From Candidatus Micrarchaeota archaeon (GTDB lineage Archaea; Micrarchaeota; Micrarchaeia; Burarchaeales; Fermentimicrarchaeaceae): a DNA stretch of 48,525 nt. Position 1 is the stretch's first letter; each line of letters begins with the position of its first letter. The notes below the pieces were generated by a model. That model was not told the origin of the DNA and did no database searches. It was given only the letters and a program-made list of their open reading frames with translations. The stretch lies in assembly GCA_026396385.1 (NCBI GenBank), contig JAPLWV010000012.1, forward strand, positions 1 to 48,525, read 5' to 3'. Positions 1-9,429 of the stretch are shown in pieces. Made by a program: the position numbers and the translations under genes.

Positions 1-85
1 AGCCCTGTGCTTTAATATCTTTAAGGGCTTGAATAAACTCCTCCTTGGTAAAGTTCTGAGCTGCATTTGCCTTGTTTTTAACCAC
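1..85 (-). CDS. 5' fragment of a gene running off the window (MVKNKANAAQNFTKEEFIQALKDIKAQG...), possibly an MvaI/BcnI-family restriction endonuclease
   Basis: Open frame from GTG at 85 to the window edge. 'TKEEFIQALKDIKAQG' resembles the N-terminal helix of BcnI/MvaI-like enzymes as I recall it; only 28 aa are visible. Confidence 0.3.
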   Translation of the reverse strand, partial: MVKNKANAAQNFTKEEFIQALKDIKAQG

Positions 86-88
86 GAA

Positions 89-136
89 TTTATGTGCAAC
101 TACACCTATTTATGTGCAGCGGTTAGTTTATGTGCA
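89..136. repeat. Three direct repeats of TTTATGTGCA in a divergent intergenic region
   Basis: Exact 10-mers at 89-98, 109-118 and 127-136. Confidence 0.85.
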
Positions 137-193
137 AAGCTCCCTGAGCGGATAGGAATATAAATCAAAAACGTCAAAAGTAAAGCGGATAGG

Positions 194-1006
194 ATGGTCA
201 GGCAAAAAAAGGAGAGAGTAAACAGGGACTTGAGTTATCAAGATATAGTTGACAGGCTTGCTGAAGGCGACGATGTAAGCTTTGAGAGGATAGGGGACAC
301 CATAATAATGCGAAGGGATGAGGCTCCAGTGAGGAAAGCTATGGAGGAGCCAAAAGTATACGAGGAGCCCAGGCAGGAAAGTGACGATACTGAGGAAAGG
401 CTAGGCTTGGTCAAGAGGGAGATAGAGAAGAGGAAACCAAGAAGGGTTTCAAGAAAGGATTATGCGGATCTGGAGGAGGCTTTCGTGAGATTGGAGAGGA
501 GGCTCGACTCATTGGACAAGGAGCTGAGGGGGCTGAGGGTGGAGCTCGGCTATCTGAGGGGGGTCATGCTCGGTAAGCTTAGGGAGATGGCAAGCGAGGA
601 GCCTGCCGCAGAGAGGATTGAACAACTCCAGGTGGAGGAGGTTGTTGTGGGGGGGGAGAACAAGCAACTTCAGCTTGTGCAGGAGGACATTCCTGAGGTA
701 ACGTTCGACGAAGAGAGTGGCGGAAGTAGGCTGGGTTTCATAACGAGCACGCTTTCCAACATATACAATTCATTCTTCCTCAGTGCAGACGAGAAGGACT
801 CATACAAAGAGTTCCAGAAAAAGCTCTTCCTTCTTGTCAGGACGCAACCGAGAAGCTTGGATGAGATTGCTGACAACACAGAGGAGAATAAGGCAAACTG
901 CCTCATATGGCTGACAAGAATGGTTGACGAGGGGCTTCTGGAGGAGGCAGTCAAGGATGCTGGAGGAAAGAAAGTATACAGAATAGTTTGGGAGAAAGTC
1001 CTTTAG
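194..1006 (+). CDS. Hypothetical protein with central coiled coil and C-terminal winged helix-turn-helix
   Basis: Heptad pattern LEEAFVRLERRLDSLDKELRGLRVEL; C-terminal 'PRSLDEIADNT...LTRMVDEGLLEE...KKVYRI' wHTH pattern. Confidence 0.7.
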   Translation: MVRQKKERVNRDLSYQDIVDRLAEGDDVSFERIGDTIIMRRDEAPVRKAMEEPKVYEEPRQESDDTEERLGLVKREIEKRKPRRVSRKDYADLEEAFVRLERRLDSLDKELRGLRVELGYLRGVMLGKLREMASEEPAAERIEQLQVEEVVVGGENKQLQLVQEDIPEVTFDEESGGSRLGFITSTLSNIYNSFFLSADEKDSYKEFQKKLFLLVRTQPRSLDEIADNTEENKANCLIWLTRMVDEGLLEEAVKDAGGKKVYRIVWEKVL

Positions 1007-2208
1007 ATCCACTTGCCTATCATCTCGCCTATCCTTATTATTTCGTTAAATTTGGTGTTTCTCTCCCCACCAACCACATTCGTCTTCAACATTTTGCAGT
1101 CGTAGGCAACCGCTATGTGCGAAATTGCTGGGTCGCAGGTCTCCCCAGAGCGGTGGGATGCTATGCATGTGTATCCATTCTCTTTTGCATATTTTGCAGT
1201 TTCATCAAGCTGTGTAAGCGTGCCTATCTGATTGGGCTTCAGTATTAACGAGTTGCAGGCATGCGCCTTTACTCCTTCCTCAAGCCTTTTCTTGTTCGTC
1301 ACGAAGATGTCATCGCCGCATATCAGGCATTTGCCTGCCTTGCTGGTGAGCTCCGCAAATCCCTCGAAATCCTCCTCGTGGAGACCATCCTCAACGTAGG
1401 AAAGCTTGAAGTTCTTTATGAGCTCCATGACAAAATCAAGCTGCCCCCCCTCATCCAGCTTCCTTCCATCAACATTATAGACATACTTTCCACCCTCAAA
1501 AAGAGAACTGGCTGCCATGTCAAGCCCCATCTCAACCTTTACTCCGGTCTCACTGCTTGCCTCCCCGCAAGCTTCTGAAAGAATTCCAAGAGCGTCCTCG
1601 CTCGTGAGTTTCACAACCCAACCTGACTCGTCATCCCTGCCTAGAGTGACGCCCCTCTTTTTGAGCTTCTCCTTCACTTTCTTGTGGACAGAGAGGTTCG
1701 CCTGCAGTGCCGGGTAGATCTTCTTGGCAGTGCTTGGAAACACTAGGAACTCCTGTATGTCGCACGCATTTATTGCATGCTTTCCTCCCCCTATCATCTT
1801 GCTCAGGGGGAGAGGGAACCAACGCCCCTTGCCAAGAATTTCAAAGAGCTGCTTTCCCTGCAGCTTTGCAGACGCCTTTGCGCATGCTATTGAGATGGCA
1901 ATCGCCGCATTCCCACCGAGGCTGGAGAAGTTGTCACTCCCATCCGCCTCTCTCAGTATCGCGTCTATCTTCTTCTGCTCCCTCACGTCAACTCCGGTAA
2001 GCTTGGGTATTACCTTCTCCGTTGCAAACTTTATTGACGCATCAACGCCTTTAGGGTATGCAACTGCCTCGAATTTACCAACAGATGCACCACTTGGGGC
2101 AGAGGATCTCCCGAAAAATGATTCTCCAACTATCTCGCACTCAAAAGAGAAATTCCCTCTCGAGTCAAGTATCTTCCTCAGTTTCATGGATTTTATTCTC
2201 GCGTCCAT
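1003..2208 (-). CDS. eno: Enolase (phosphopyruvate hydratase)
   Basis: ILDSRGN, PSGAS, DIQEF, GLDMAAS, GDD, LKPNQIG and SHRSGET motifs. Confidence 0.97.
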   Translation of the reverse strand: MDARIKSMKLRKILDSRGNFSFECEIVGESFFGRSSAPSGASVGKFEAVAYPKGVDASIKFATEKVIPKLTGVDVREQKKIDAILREADGSDNFSSLGGNAAIAISIACAKASAKLQGKQLFEILGKGRWFPLPLSKMIGGGKHAINACDIQEFLVFPSTAKKIYPALQANLSVHKKVKEKLKKRGVTLGRDDESGWVVKLTSEDALGILSEACGEASSETGVKVEMGLDMAASSLFEGGKYVYNVDGRKLDEGGQLDFVMELIKNFKLSYVEDGLHEEDFEGFAELTSKAGKCLICGDDIFVTNKKRLEEGVKAHACNSLILKPNQIGTLTQLDETAKYAKENGYTCIASHRSGETCDPAISHIAVAYDCKMLKTNVVGGERNTKFNEIIRIGEMIGKWI

Positions 2209-2535
2209 TCAAGCACCTTGTATTTTCATTATAGCTCCGGCAATATCGCCGTTGAATTCAGCAAGAGCCTGCTCTGCCTTCTCCCTGGAGGCTCCCGTCT
2301 TCTCCATGACAAGCTTCAAATCATCCTCTTTTATTAAAGCTTTCTCCTCAATATTGCCAGAAATGTTAAAGCTCCTCTGCCCTTTCATGGACGTCTCAAT
2401 AATCTGGGGATCTGTTATTATTATCTGGCTACCTTCCTTTTCTATTATGACTCTCTCCGCCTTTATCTCCTGGGTCTTTACACCCATCTGCTCCATCATC
2501 CGTTGCATCTGCCTTGGGTTCATTCCCTGGAACAT
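2209..2535 (-). CDS. nac: Nascent polypeptide-associated complex protein
   Basis: MNPRQMQRMMEQMG N-terminus; C-terminal UBA-like ALAEFNGDIAGAIM. Confidence 0.95.
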   Translation of the reverse strand: MFQGMNPRQMQRMMEQMGVKTQEIKAERVIIEKEGSQIIITDPQIIETSMKGQRSFNISGNIEEKALIKEDDLKLVMEKTGASREKAEQALAEFNGDIAGAIMKIQGA

Positions 2536-2615
2536 ATCACCACTCCTAGAGAATATTTTAGTTGTGCATTTTATAAACTCTACTCCTGCTTGAAGAATTC
2601 AAAAGGAGTGAACGC

Positions 2616-3200
2616 CTAGGGAGATAAGCTTTCATACAACTCGGTCTTCTTTACCTCAATTCTCTTTAGCGGGCACAGCTTCTTTATTCTGTTGAAGAGA
2701 GTTGCTGAGAACTTTCCGAATATTATTTCCTGAATAGTTTGCTGGAAATCCATGTCTTTCACTCTTGCCAAAAGCTCCTCCTTTACGGCATTTCTCAGCG
2801 CTGTTTTCAGAGGAGAACTGACTCTCTTGGCAGTGAAAAGAGATACCTGTATTCTAATCTTGGCTCCATCTTTTGTGGTAACATCAATGACCTCGTTTAC
2901 CACATTCCTTCTCCTTCTCACAAGCGTTCTCAGGTAGCCTGCTGAAATCTCGTGGCCTACAAGCTTTGTGTAAGCTGTTTTGCCCTTCACTTCATTTATC
3001 CTGAACTGCAGGTTAACGTAAGACTGGCTCATATCACCTGTCAACTCTGCGAGGCTCACCTTGACGATCCTGTTGATGAGGTGGGCATCATCAGTGGCAG
3101 GTATCTGGCCTATCTCCCTGCTATCGAACATCTGCGGAGCGAGCACAGTATACCATGTCTTGCTCTTCCAAGTATCAACAACCTTCTCCTTAGCCATCAC
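2616..3200 (-). CDS. rps3ae: 30S ribosomal protein S3Ae (eS1)
   Basis: DTWKSKTWYTVLAP and PLKRIEVKK motifs; adjacent to S15. Confidence 0.96.
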   Translation of the reverse strand: MMAKEKVVDTWKSKTWYTVLAPQMFDSREIGQIPATDDAHLINRIVKVSLAELTGDMSQSYVNLQFRINEVKGKTAYTKLVGHEISAGYLRTLVRRRRNVVNEVIDVTTKDGAKIRIQVSLFTAKRVSSPLKTALRNAVKEELLARVKDMDFQQTIQEIIFGKFSATLFNRIKKLCPLKRIEVKKTELYESLSP

Positions 3201-3201
3201 A

Positions 3202-3657
3202 TTACCTCACAAGCAGAGCCGCCTGCTCTGGCTCATACTTCCATTTCTTTGGAAGCATCTCTACTTCTCTGTAGTATTTCACAAGCCTCTTTATCTTTGA
3301 TTCAACATGAATGAGCTTTGTCTTATTGTGAACATCACCCTTGTGCGCCTTGAGGTGTTTCCTCATGTTCACTGCTTTCTTTATTAGATTCATCAAATCA
3401 TCAGGGTAAGCCGGGGCGAGGTTCTGCGATTGCAGGATTTTCTTTATAGACCTGCCGGTCACGGATTCAACAGTTGGAACACCGTACTGGTCCCTCAGCC
3501 TCTGCCCGATAAGCGCAGCCGGAATGCCCTCCTTGTGCATCTTTATAACCAGCGTTTCCACTTCCTGGGAGCTAAGCTCGATCCACTCCGGAGCTGTTTT
3601 CACTGCTGGCCTTTTTGAACCGGATTTGCCCTTCTTTCTTGAATGCATCCTTGCCAT
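3202..3657 (-). CDS. rps15: 30S ribosomal protein S15 (uS15)
   Basis: MARMHSRKKGKSGS, LRDQYG, ESKIKRLVKYY; start moved to ATG 3657. Confidence 0.97.
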   Translation of the reverse strand: MARMHSRKKGKSGSKRPAVKTAPEWIELSSQEVETLVIKMHKEGIPAALIGQRLRDQYGVPTVESVTGRSIKKILQSQNLAPAYPDDLMNLIKKAVNMRKHLKAHKGDVHNKTKLIHVESKIKRLVKYYREVEMLPKKWKYEPEQAALLVR

Positions 3658-3662
3658 AAATA

Positions 3663-4208
3663 TCATCTCCTCAGCCACTTCGCCAATTTCTCAAGCGCAC
3701 GCCTCCTGTGCGAGCACATCATTTTCGTTTTATGGTCCTCGGCAAACGTTTTCCTTGAACCTTCAGGGATGAATATTGGGTCGTAGCCGAAGCCTTTCTC
3801 TTTCGAAATTTTATTCGAGATGTAACCCTTCACTTCTCCTCTCAGAACCGCCTCCTCCTTCCCATCCCACGCGGCAATTGACGAGACGAAGCAAGCATCT
3901 CTCACTTCCTTCCCTCTCATCAACTCCAGGATGCCCTCATTTCCAATCTTCTTGAAAACCCAGGAGGAGAACGTCCCTGGAAATCCATTCAGGGCTTTGA
4001 TGAACAGACCGGAATCCTCAATGAAGAAAGGTTCGTTCACCTCGCTGCGCAGTTGCCTGAGACAGTCCAAGGCAACATTCTCGCAGTTCTCAGCCCTTAT
4101 TTCTTCGCATTCAACATCTTTGCGCCCTATAATTACGTTATATTCTTTTAAAATCCTTTCGGCTTCCCTGAATTTGTGTTTGCTTCCGGTTATGAAAAAC
4201 AATTTCAT
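3663..4208 (-). CDS. rdgB: RdgB/HAM1 family non-canonical purine NTP pyrophosphatase
   Basis: EDSGLFI, GFPG, GFGYDPIF and SHRRRAL motifs. Confidence 0.95.
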   Translation of the reverse strand: MKLFFITGSKHKFREAERILKEYNVIIGRKDVECEEIRAENCENVALDCLRQLRSEVNEPFFIEDSGLFIKALNGFPGTFSSWVFKKIGNEGILELMRGKEVRDACFVSSIAAWDGKEEAVLRGEVKGYISNKISKEKGFGYDPIFIPEGSRKTFAEDHKTKMMCSHRRRALEKLAKWLRR

Positions 4209-4280
4209 GAAATCCCTATTGTAATATTAAATTCCTGAACGACTTATTTATATTGTGGGGAAGGTATAAAAATAAACATC

Positions 4281-6650
4281 TCATTTCTTTAGCTCAACTT
4301 TGAATTCTCCTTTTGAGATTTCTATTTTCTTAATCCTTCCTGCTGCTTCTATCTCCTCCTTAACTGAATCTAGCTGTTCTGGCTTCTCGACCTTTATTTT
4401 TGCTGATGAAAGTTCTGTATTAAGCGAGAGTTTCTGGCTCATCTTGAATTTCCGTATCTCACTCAGAACTTTGTTGAGGAGCATGGCATTCTGCTCGCTC
4501 TCCTCATCAATCATCTTTTTGTCCTCCTTGGGCCAGCTTTCTGCATGTATGCTTTCCTCCTTTGAGAAGAGCTGCTGATAGAGCTCATCAATTGTATAAG
4601 CAGCAAAGGGGGCTGTGAGCTTGAGCGAGGTCAGCAACACTGTTTTCAATGTAGACTGAGCCGCCCTTCTGCTTTCCGTTCCGTATTTGTCAGGCTGGTA
4701 GAGCCTGTGCTTCACTTCCTCCAGATAATAATCGCAGAACTCGTGCCAGAAGAACTCTGTGAAGGTGGTTATTGCGGTATAGAAATCGTAATTCTCGAAT
4801 GCATTTGTGCATGTCTCCACAACCTTGTTCAGCCTGCTTAGAATCCACCTGTCAGTCACTCTGAGCTTCTGCTTGCCCCCATCAGATTCCTTGAGGGAAA
4901 ATTCAATAAACTTTGAAGCGTTCCACAGTTTATTCAAGAAAGAGTGCGCGTAGTTCACATCCTTCCAGTAGAATATGTTGTCCTTTCCAGTGCTCCCAGA
5001 AAGAGCAGCCCACATCCTGAGGGAATCAACTGAGGATTTCTTTATCACATCCTTTGCTTCCACATAATTGCCCAGGCTCTTGCTCATCTTCTTTCCATCA
5101 GAGCCGCACACCATCCCGTTGATAAGCACATCCTTGAAGCACGGCTTGCCGGTAAGCATGAGGCAGCGGTATATGGTATAGAAAGCCCAGGTGCGGATTA
5201 TGTCAGTGCCCTGCGGCCTCAGTGATGATGGATACAGCGCAGTGAATTTCTTCTCATCATCGGGCCAGCCCCCTATTACGAGCGGGGTTATGCTGGAGTC
5301 CACCCACCCATCGCATATGCTTGTCTCCCCAATGAGCTTTCCCTCGCATTTGGGGCAGTTCTTTACAGGAGGCTTGTCCCTGGCAGGGTCTACAGGAAGA
5401 TTGGGGTATCCTGGAGCTATGACACAGTCGCATTTCTCGCAGTACCAGAAGGGAATGGGAATGCCAAAAATCCTCTGCCTTGAGAAGCACCAGTCCCACT
5501 CCAAACCGCGGCACCAGTCAATCAGAAGTTGGATTGTATGAGAGGGCACCCAGCGCATCTCATTCGCAGCCTTCATTATTTCCTCCTCATGTCCCTTGAG
5601 CTTCATAAACCACTGGGCGGAATTCAGGAATTCGACCGGTCTCTTGCACCTGTCGTGTATTTTCACCATCTGCTTTAGTTTCTCCTTCTTTGTGATGAGC
5701 TTGAGCAGGTTGAGCTCCTCAAGTATTTTCTCCCTTGCCAACTCTGCTTTCAAGCCTGTGAACTTGCCTGCATTGAGTAGTTTTCCTCTCCCATCCATTG
5801 CCTCAATGACAGGAAGGTTGTGTCTGTACGACCAGGTCACATCCTGTTTGTCACCGAATGTGCACACCATTACTATGCCAGTCCCGAAACTGGGGTCCAC
5901 CTCAGAGTCAGGGATGATTTTAACCTCCCTGTTGAACAGCGGAACGACAGCGGTTTTTCCATGCAGCTGCTTGTAGCGCCCATCCTCCGGGTTGACCAGC
6001 ACTGCAACGCACGCATGCAGCAGCTCGGGTCTTGTGGTTGCAATGACGAGGGGCTTTCCCTCGCATGAGAAGGATATGTAGTTGAGGGCAGTCTCCCTCT
6101 CTATTTCATCTGTTTCGGCTTTGGCTATTGCGCTTCCGCAGCAGGTGCACCACAGCACCGGATGCTTGGAACGATAGACAAGACCTTTTTCAAACATCTT
6201 TAGTATGGAGTACTGCACTTTCCGGTGGTACTCCTTGTCGATCGTATAATACTCCTGCCTCCAGTCTATGGAGAAGCCCATCTCCTTCATCTGCGGCTTC
6301 ATTGTGCTTATGACATCCCTCGTCCACTCCAAACATTTTTCTTTGAACTGCTCCCTCGGAAGCCTCCCGTATTTCTTCTCCACTTTTACCTCTGTCGGGA
6401 AACCATGGCAATCCCAACCCTGAGGGAAGAGGACGTTGTAGCCGCACATCCTCTTGTACCTTGCCACAAAATCCATGTAACACCAGTTCAGAGTATTTCC
6501 AATGTGGAACTCCCCTGTTGGAAAAGGCGGGGGCGTGTCTATGATGAAAACCTTTCTCTTGCTCTTCTCATCGAACTCATGAAGCTTAAGCTCCTCCCAC
6601 TTCTTTCGCATCTTCTCCTCGAACTTATGCGGAGCATATTCATCTAGCAT
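4281..6650 (-). CDS. valS: Valine--tRNA ligase
   Basis: IDTPPP, HIGN, GWDCHG, ATTRPE, FGTG.VMVCTFGD, SRQR, PQGTDIIRTW and KMSKS motifs. Confidence 0.96.
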   Translation of the reverse strand: MLDEYAPHKFEEKMRKKWEELKLHEFDEKSKRKVFIIDTPPPFPTGEFHIGNTLNWCYMDFVARYKRMCGYNVLFPQGWDCHGFPTEVKVEKKYGRLPREQFKEKCLEWTRDVISTMKPQMKEMGFSIDWRQEYYTIDKEYHRKVQYSILKMFEKGLVYRSKHPVLWCTCCGSAIAKAETDEIERETALNYISFSCEGKPLVIATTRPELLHACVAVLVNPEDGRYKQLHGKTAVVPLFNREVKIIPDSEVDPSFGTGIVMVCTFGDKQDVTWSYRHNLPVIEAMDGRGKLLNAGKFTGLKAELAREKILEELNLLKLITKKEKLKQMVKIHDRCKRPVEFLNSAQWFMKLKGHEEEIMKAANEMRWVPSHTIQLLIDWCRGLEWDWCFSRQRIFGIPIPFWYCEKCDCVIAPGYPNLPVDPARDKPPVKNCPKCEGKLIGETSICDGWVDSSITPLVIGGWPDDEKKFTALYPSSLRPQGTDIIRTWAFYTIYRCLMLTGKPCFKDVLINGMVCGSDGKKMSKSLGNYVEAKDVIKKSSVDSLRMWAALSGSTGKDNIFYWKDVNYAHSFLNKLWNASKFIEFSLKESDGGKQKLRVTDRWILSRLNKVVETCTNAFENYDFYTAITTFTEFFWHEFCDYYLEEVKHRLYQPDKYGTESRRAAQSTLKTVLLTSLKLTAPFAAYTIDELYQQLFSKEESIHAESWPKEDKKMIDEESEQNAMLLNKVLSEIRKFKMSQKLSLNTELSSAKIKVEKPEQLDSVKEEIEAAGRIKKIEISKGEFKVELKK

Positions 6651-6651
6651 A

Positions 6652-7443
6652 TCATCCCTCGAAATCAGTAAGCCTCTTTCCCTCTTCTATCCTGACAACC
6701 ATTCCATCTTTTGCCGCAATTGTCTCAACACCGCTTTCCTTCTGTATGAACCTTGCTTCTGCCTCAGGGCCTGCCCTCAGCATCCCCATTCCGAAATGCT
6801 GTATTATCGCTTTCTTTGGCTTTGCTTCTTTTAAAATTCTTATGCTCAGCTCGGAGTCCAGATGCCCGGGGTAGTGGCAGCCTGCAGGCTTAAGATTGTT
6901 AAGTATGAGGCAGTCGCAACCTGAGAAAATTTTCCCAAGCTCAGGTATGTAATCTGTGTCTCCAGTGTAGCCCATGGTTCTTCCATCTGAAGTTATTTTG
7001 AAGCCAACTCCGCTTTCATCATCGTGCTTTGTGGGAGTAGCCTCAATTGAAACTCCTTTTATCGAGAGCTTGTCTCCGGGCTTTACAACAATCTTCTTCT
7101 CGGGGAGGTTCTGGTGGTAGGCGGAGACAACCCTGTCGAATCTCTCATTTCCTTCAAGAGCAGAGCTGCTTCCTATAACTATTCCTCTCCTCCTTTTACC
7201 CCCGTTCGTCATGGCTTCTATAATCAGGTTGCAGTCGTTTGAGTGGTCTATATGTGCATGGGTTACGGCAATAGCATCCAGCTTCTGCAAGTCCTGCTTC
7301 AGCTCAAGGCTGCGTATGAGCGCACCCGGGCCCGGGTCGAAGTAGATGTTGGCTTTACCCTTAACTATGAAACCGCCGGTCGCCCTCAGCTGCTTTACTA
7401 CAACGAACCTCGCACCGCCAGTTCCGCAGAATATTATTTCCAA
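6652..7443 (-). CDS. MBL-fold metallo-hydrolase
   Basis: GTGG, DPGPG, THAHIDHSND and YTGDT motifs. Confidence 0.92.
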   Translation of the reverse strand: MEIIFCGTGGARFVVVKQLRATGGFIVKGKANIYFDPGPGALIRSLELKQDLQKLDAIAVTHAHIDHSNDCNLIIEAMTNGGKRRRGIVIGSSSALEGNERFDRVVSAYHQNLPEKKIVVKPGDKLSIKGVSIEATPTKHDDESGVGFKITSDGRTMGYTGDTDYIPELGKIFSGCDCLILNNLKPAGCHYPGHLDSELSIRILKEAKPKKAIIQHFGMGMLRAGPEAEARFIQKESGVETIAAKDGMVVRIEEGKRLTDFEG

Positions 7444-7534
7444 ATAACCGCCTTACCTGCCCCAAAAGAATTCACTTAGTTTTTGTTGGGGAAAAAGCTT
7501 AATAAGATTATTCAACCAAGTGTATTTGAACGTT

Positions 7535-9028
7535 ATGCCCGATATACGCAGTATTGATGATATAAACAAGAAGATAAGGAGTGGAGAGGTAGTTGTAGCC
7601 ACTGCGCCTGAGATGAGGGAGATAGTTGCCGAGAAAGGGGCTGAAAGAGCAGCCAAGGAGATCGACGTTGTCACCACGGGAACATTCGGAATGACCACCA
7701 GCTCAGGAGCATTTCTTAACTTCGGCCATTCTGACCCGCAGATAAAGATGGGGGGAGGAGAAGTTCTGCTCAACGATGTTCCAGCATACGCAGGGCTGAG
7801 TTCTGTGGATACGTACATAGGGGCGACGCAGTTATCAAAGGTACATAAGTTGGAGTATGGCGGGGCGCATGTGATAGAGGACCTTGTAAGCGGAAAATCA
7901 ATAGATCTGAAAGCATACGGCTCTGCCACGCAGTGCCATCCAATAAGGGAGATAAGGGGTCAGTTCACAATAAGTGACTTGAACCAGGCAATAATGGTAA
8001 ACCCGAGGTCTTTCTACCAGAGGTATAGCGCCGCAACGAACTCTTCTGATACGCCCATATGCACTTATCTTGGGACACTGCTTCCAAATTTCGGAAATGT
8101 TTCGTACTTCTCTGTGGGCGCTATAAGCCCGCTTTACAACGACCCCAGTTTCGAAACAATTGGGATTGGAACGAGGATATTGCTTGCAGGTGGCGTAGGC
8201 TATGTGATTGGAGAGGGGACACTGCACGATCCAAAAGCTATGTGCGGCTCGCTGATGGTGAAGGGAGACCTAAAGAAAATGAACTCTAGGTACTTGAGAG
8301 GGGCCGCAATAGCCAACTACGGAACTGCTCTGTTCATAGGTGCGGGGGTTCCGATACCCATACTGAATTCCACAATAGCAAAGAACTGCGGGATAACAGA
8401 TGAGGATATAAAAGTACATATTTACGATTACCACATTCCGACAAGAGTGAAGCCTCTCGTTAAGAAAACAACCTACAAGGAGCTCAGGTCCGGCAAGGTG
8501 GCCATAGGTGACAGAACTGTGAAGGCTTCAGGGCTCTCAAGCATGAAGATGGCAGTTGAGATAATAGAGAAGCTTAAAGGTATGATAGAGGAGGGTGAGT
8601 TTTTCCTAACAAAGCCTGTTGAGAGGATAACGATGGAGTCGATAACGAGACCAATGAAGCTCCTCTATGTAAAGGCATCTGACGTCATGTCTGCCCCGGT
8701 TACATGCAGCGCGGATGACAGCCTGAGGGATGCTGAGAAGCTCATGCTTGATAAGAAAGCGGGTTATGTTGTTGTGATTGACAAGCAGAGGCATATGCAG
8801 GGAGTCTTAACTTCGTGGGATGTTGCAAAGTCGATAGTGACAAACGGGACAAAGGTGAAGGATGTGATGACCTCGCAGAACATAAAAACAAGTAGGAAGG
8901 ATGAGCCGGTTGAGGTGAGCATGAGGAAGCTGGAGCAATACAGAGTGAGGGGACTGCCAGTTGTGGACGAGGAGGGGAAGGTTCTTGGAGTTGTGAGGAT
9001 GCAGGACCTGAAATACAAGGTGAAATGA
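7535..9028 (+). CDS. DUF39-CBS protein, L-aspartate semialdehyde sulfurtransferase family (MA1821-like)
   Basis: DVVTTGTFG, GHSDP, YGGAHVIEDL, NPR, SPLYNDP, IGIGTRI, GVPIPILN; two C-terminal CBS domains. Confidence 0.92.
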   Translation: MPDIRSIDDINKKIRSGEVVVATAPEMREIVAEKGAERAAKEIDVVTTGTFGMTTSSGAFLNFGHSDPQIKMGGGEVLLNDVPAYAGLSSVDTYIGATQLSKVHKLEYGGAHVIEDLVSGKSIDLKAYGSATQCHPIREIRGQFTISDLNQAIMVNPRSFYQRYSAATNSSDTPICTYLGTLLPNFGNVSYFSVGAISPLYNDPSFETIGIGTRILLAGGVGYVIGEGTLHDPKAMCGSLMVKGDLKKMNSRYLRGAAIANYGTALFIGAGVPIPILNSTIAKNCGITDEDIKVHIYDYHIPTRVKPLVKKTTYKELRSGKVAIGDRTVKASGLSSMKMAVEIIEKLKGMIEEGEFFLTKPVERITMESITRPMKLLYVKASDVMSAPVTCSADDSLRDAEKLMLDKKAGYVVVIDKQRHMQGVLTSWDVAKSIVTNGTKVKDVMTSQNIKTSRKDEPVEVSMRKLEQYRVRGLPVVDEEGKVLGVVRMQDLKYKVK

Positions 9029-9429
9029 TGAGCAAAAGAGTGCTGGTATTCTTTCCTAGCAAGGAATACACGGAGTCCCTGATACCTGAAATTGTTCTGA
9101 AGAGTGGAACTATTTTTAATACTATTAAAACTGAAGTCACGCCGACACAAGTCAAGATTATGGGCGAAATAAAGGCGAACGAGGAGAAAGCACAGGAGTT
9201 CATCAGGATATTGAAAAGAAGGGGCGCAGTTGTGAAGGAGTTGGGGCTAATAATGAGGTTCGACCCAGACAAGTGCGTTGCCTGCGGAATGTGCGTCTCA
9301 CTCTGCCCCACGAATGCAATAACCTTCAATAAGGATTTCTCTGTCAGATATGATTTTGATGAGTGCGTACTTTGCATGAACTGCTTTAAAAACTGCCCAG
9401 TGAAGGCTGTTAGCTATCTGGGTGACTAG
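9025..9429 (+). CDS. NIL domain / 2x[4Fe-4S] ferredoxin (MA1822-like)
   Basis: CVACGMCVSLCP and CVLCMNCFKNCP; N-terminal NIL-like domain; overlaps the DUF39 gene. Confidence 0.9.
   Translation: MMSKRVLVFFPSKEYTESLIPEIVLKSGTIFNTIKTEVTPTQVKIMGEIKANEEKAQEFIRILKRRGAVVKELGLIMRFDPDKCVACGMCVSLCPTNAITFNKDFSVRYDFDECVLCMNCFKNCPVKAVSYLGD

Noticed and set aside
89-136. Mini-CRISPR interpretation of the TTTATGTGCA repeats
   Set aside because: Repeats (10 bp) and spacers (8-10 bp) are far too short, and no cas genes are present.
1724-2593. Long antisense ORFs (e.g. 1724-2593, 9426-10112, 16435-17193, 30583-31284)
   Set aside because: Shadow frames opposite well-conserved genes, with Ser/Phe/Pro-biased composition.
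7461-7490. Imperfect inverted repeat CCCAA...TTGGG in the MBL/DUF39 divergent promoter
   Set aside because: Short and mismatched, with no second copy to support an operator call.
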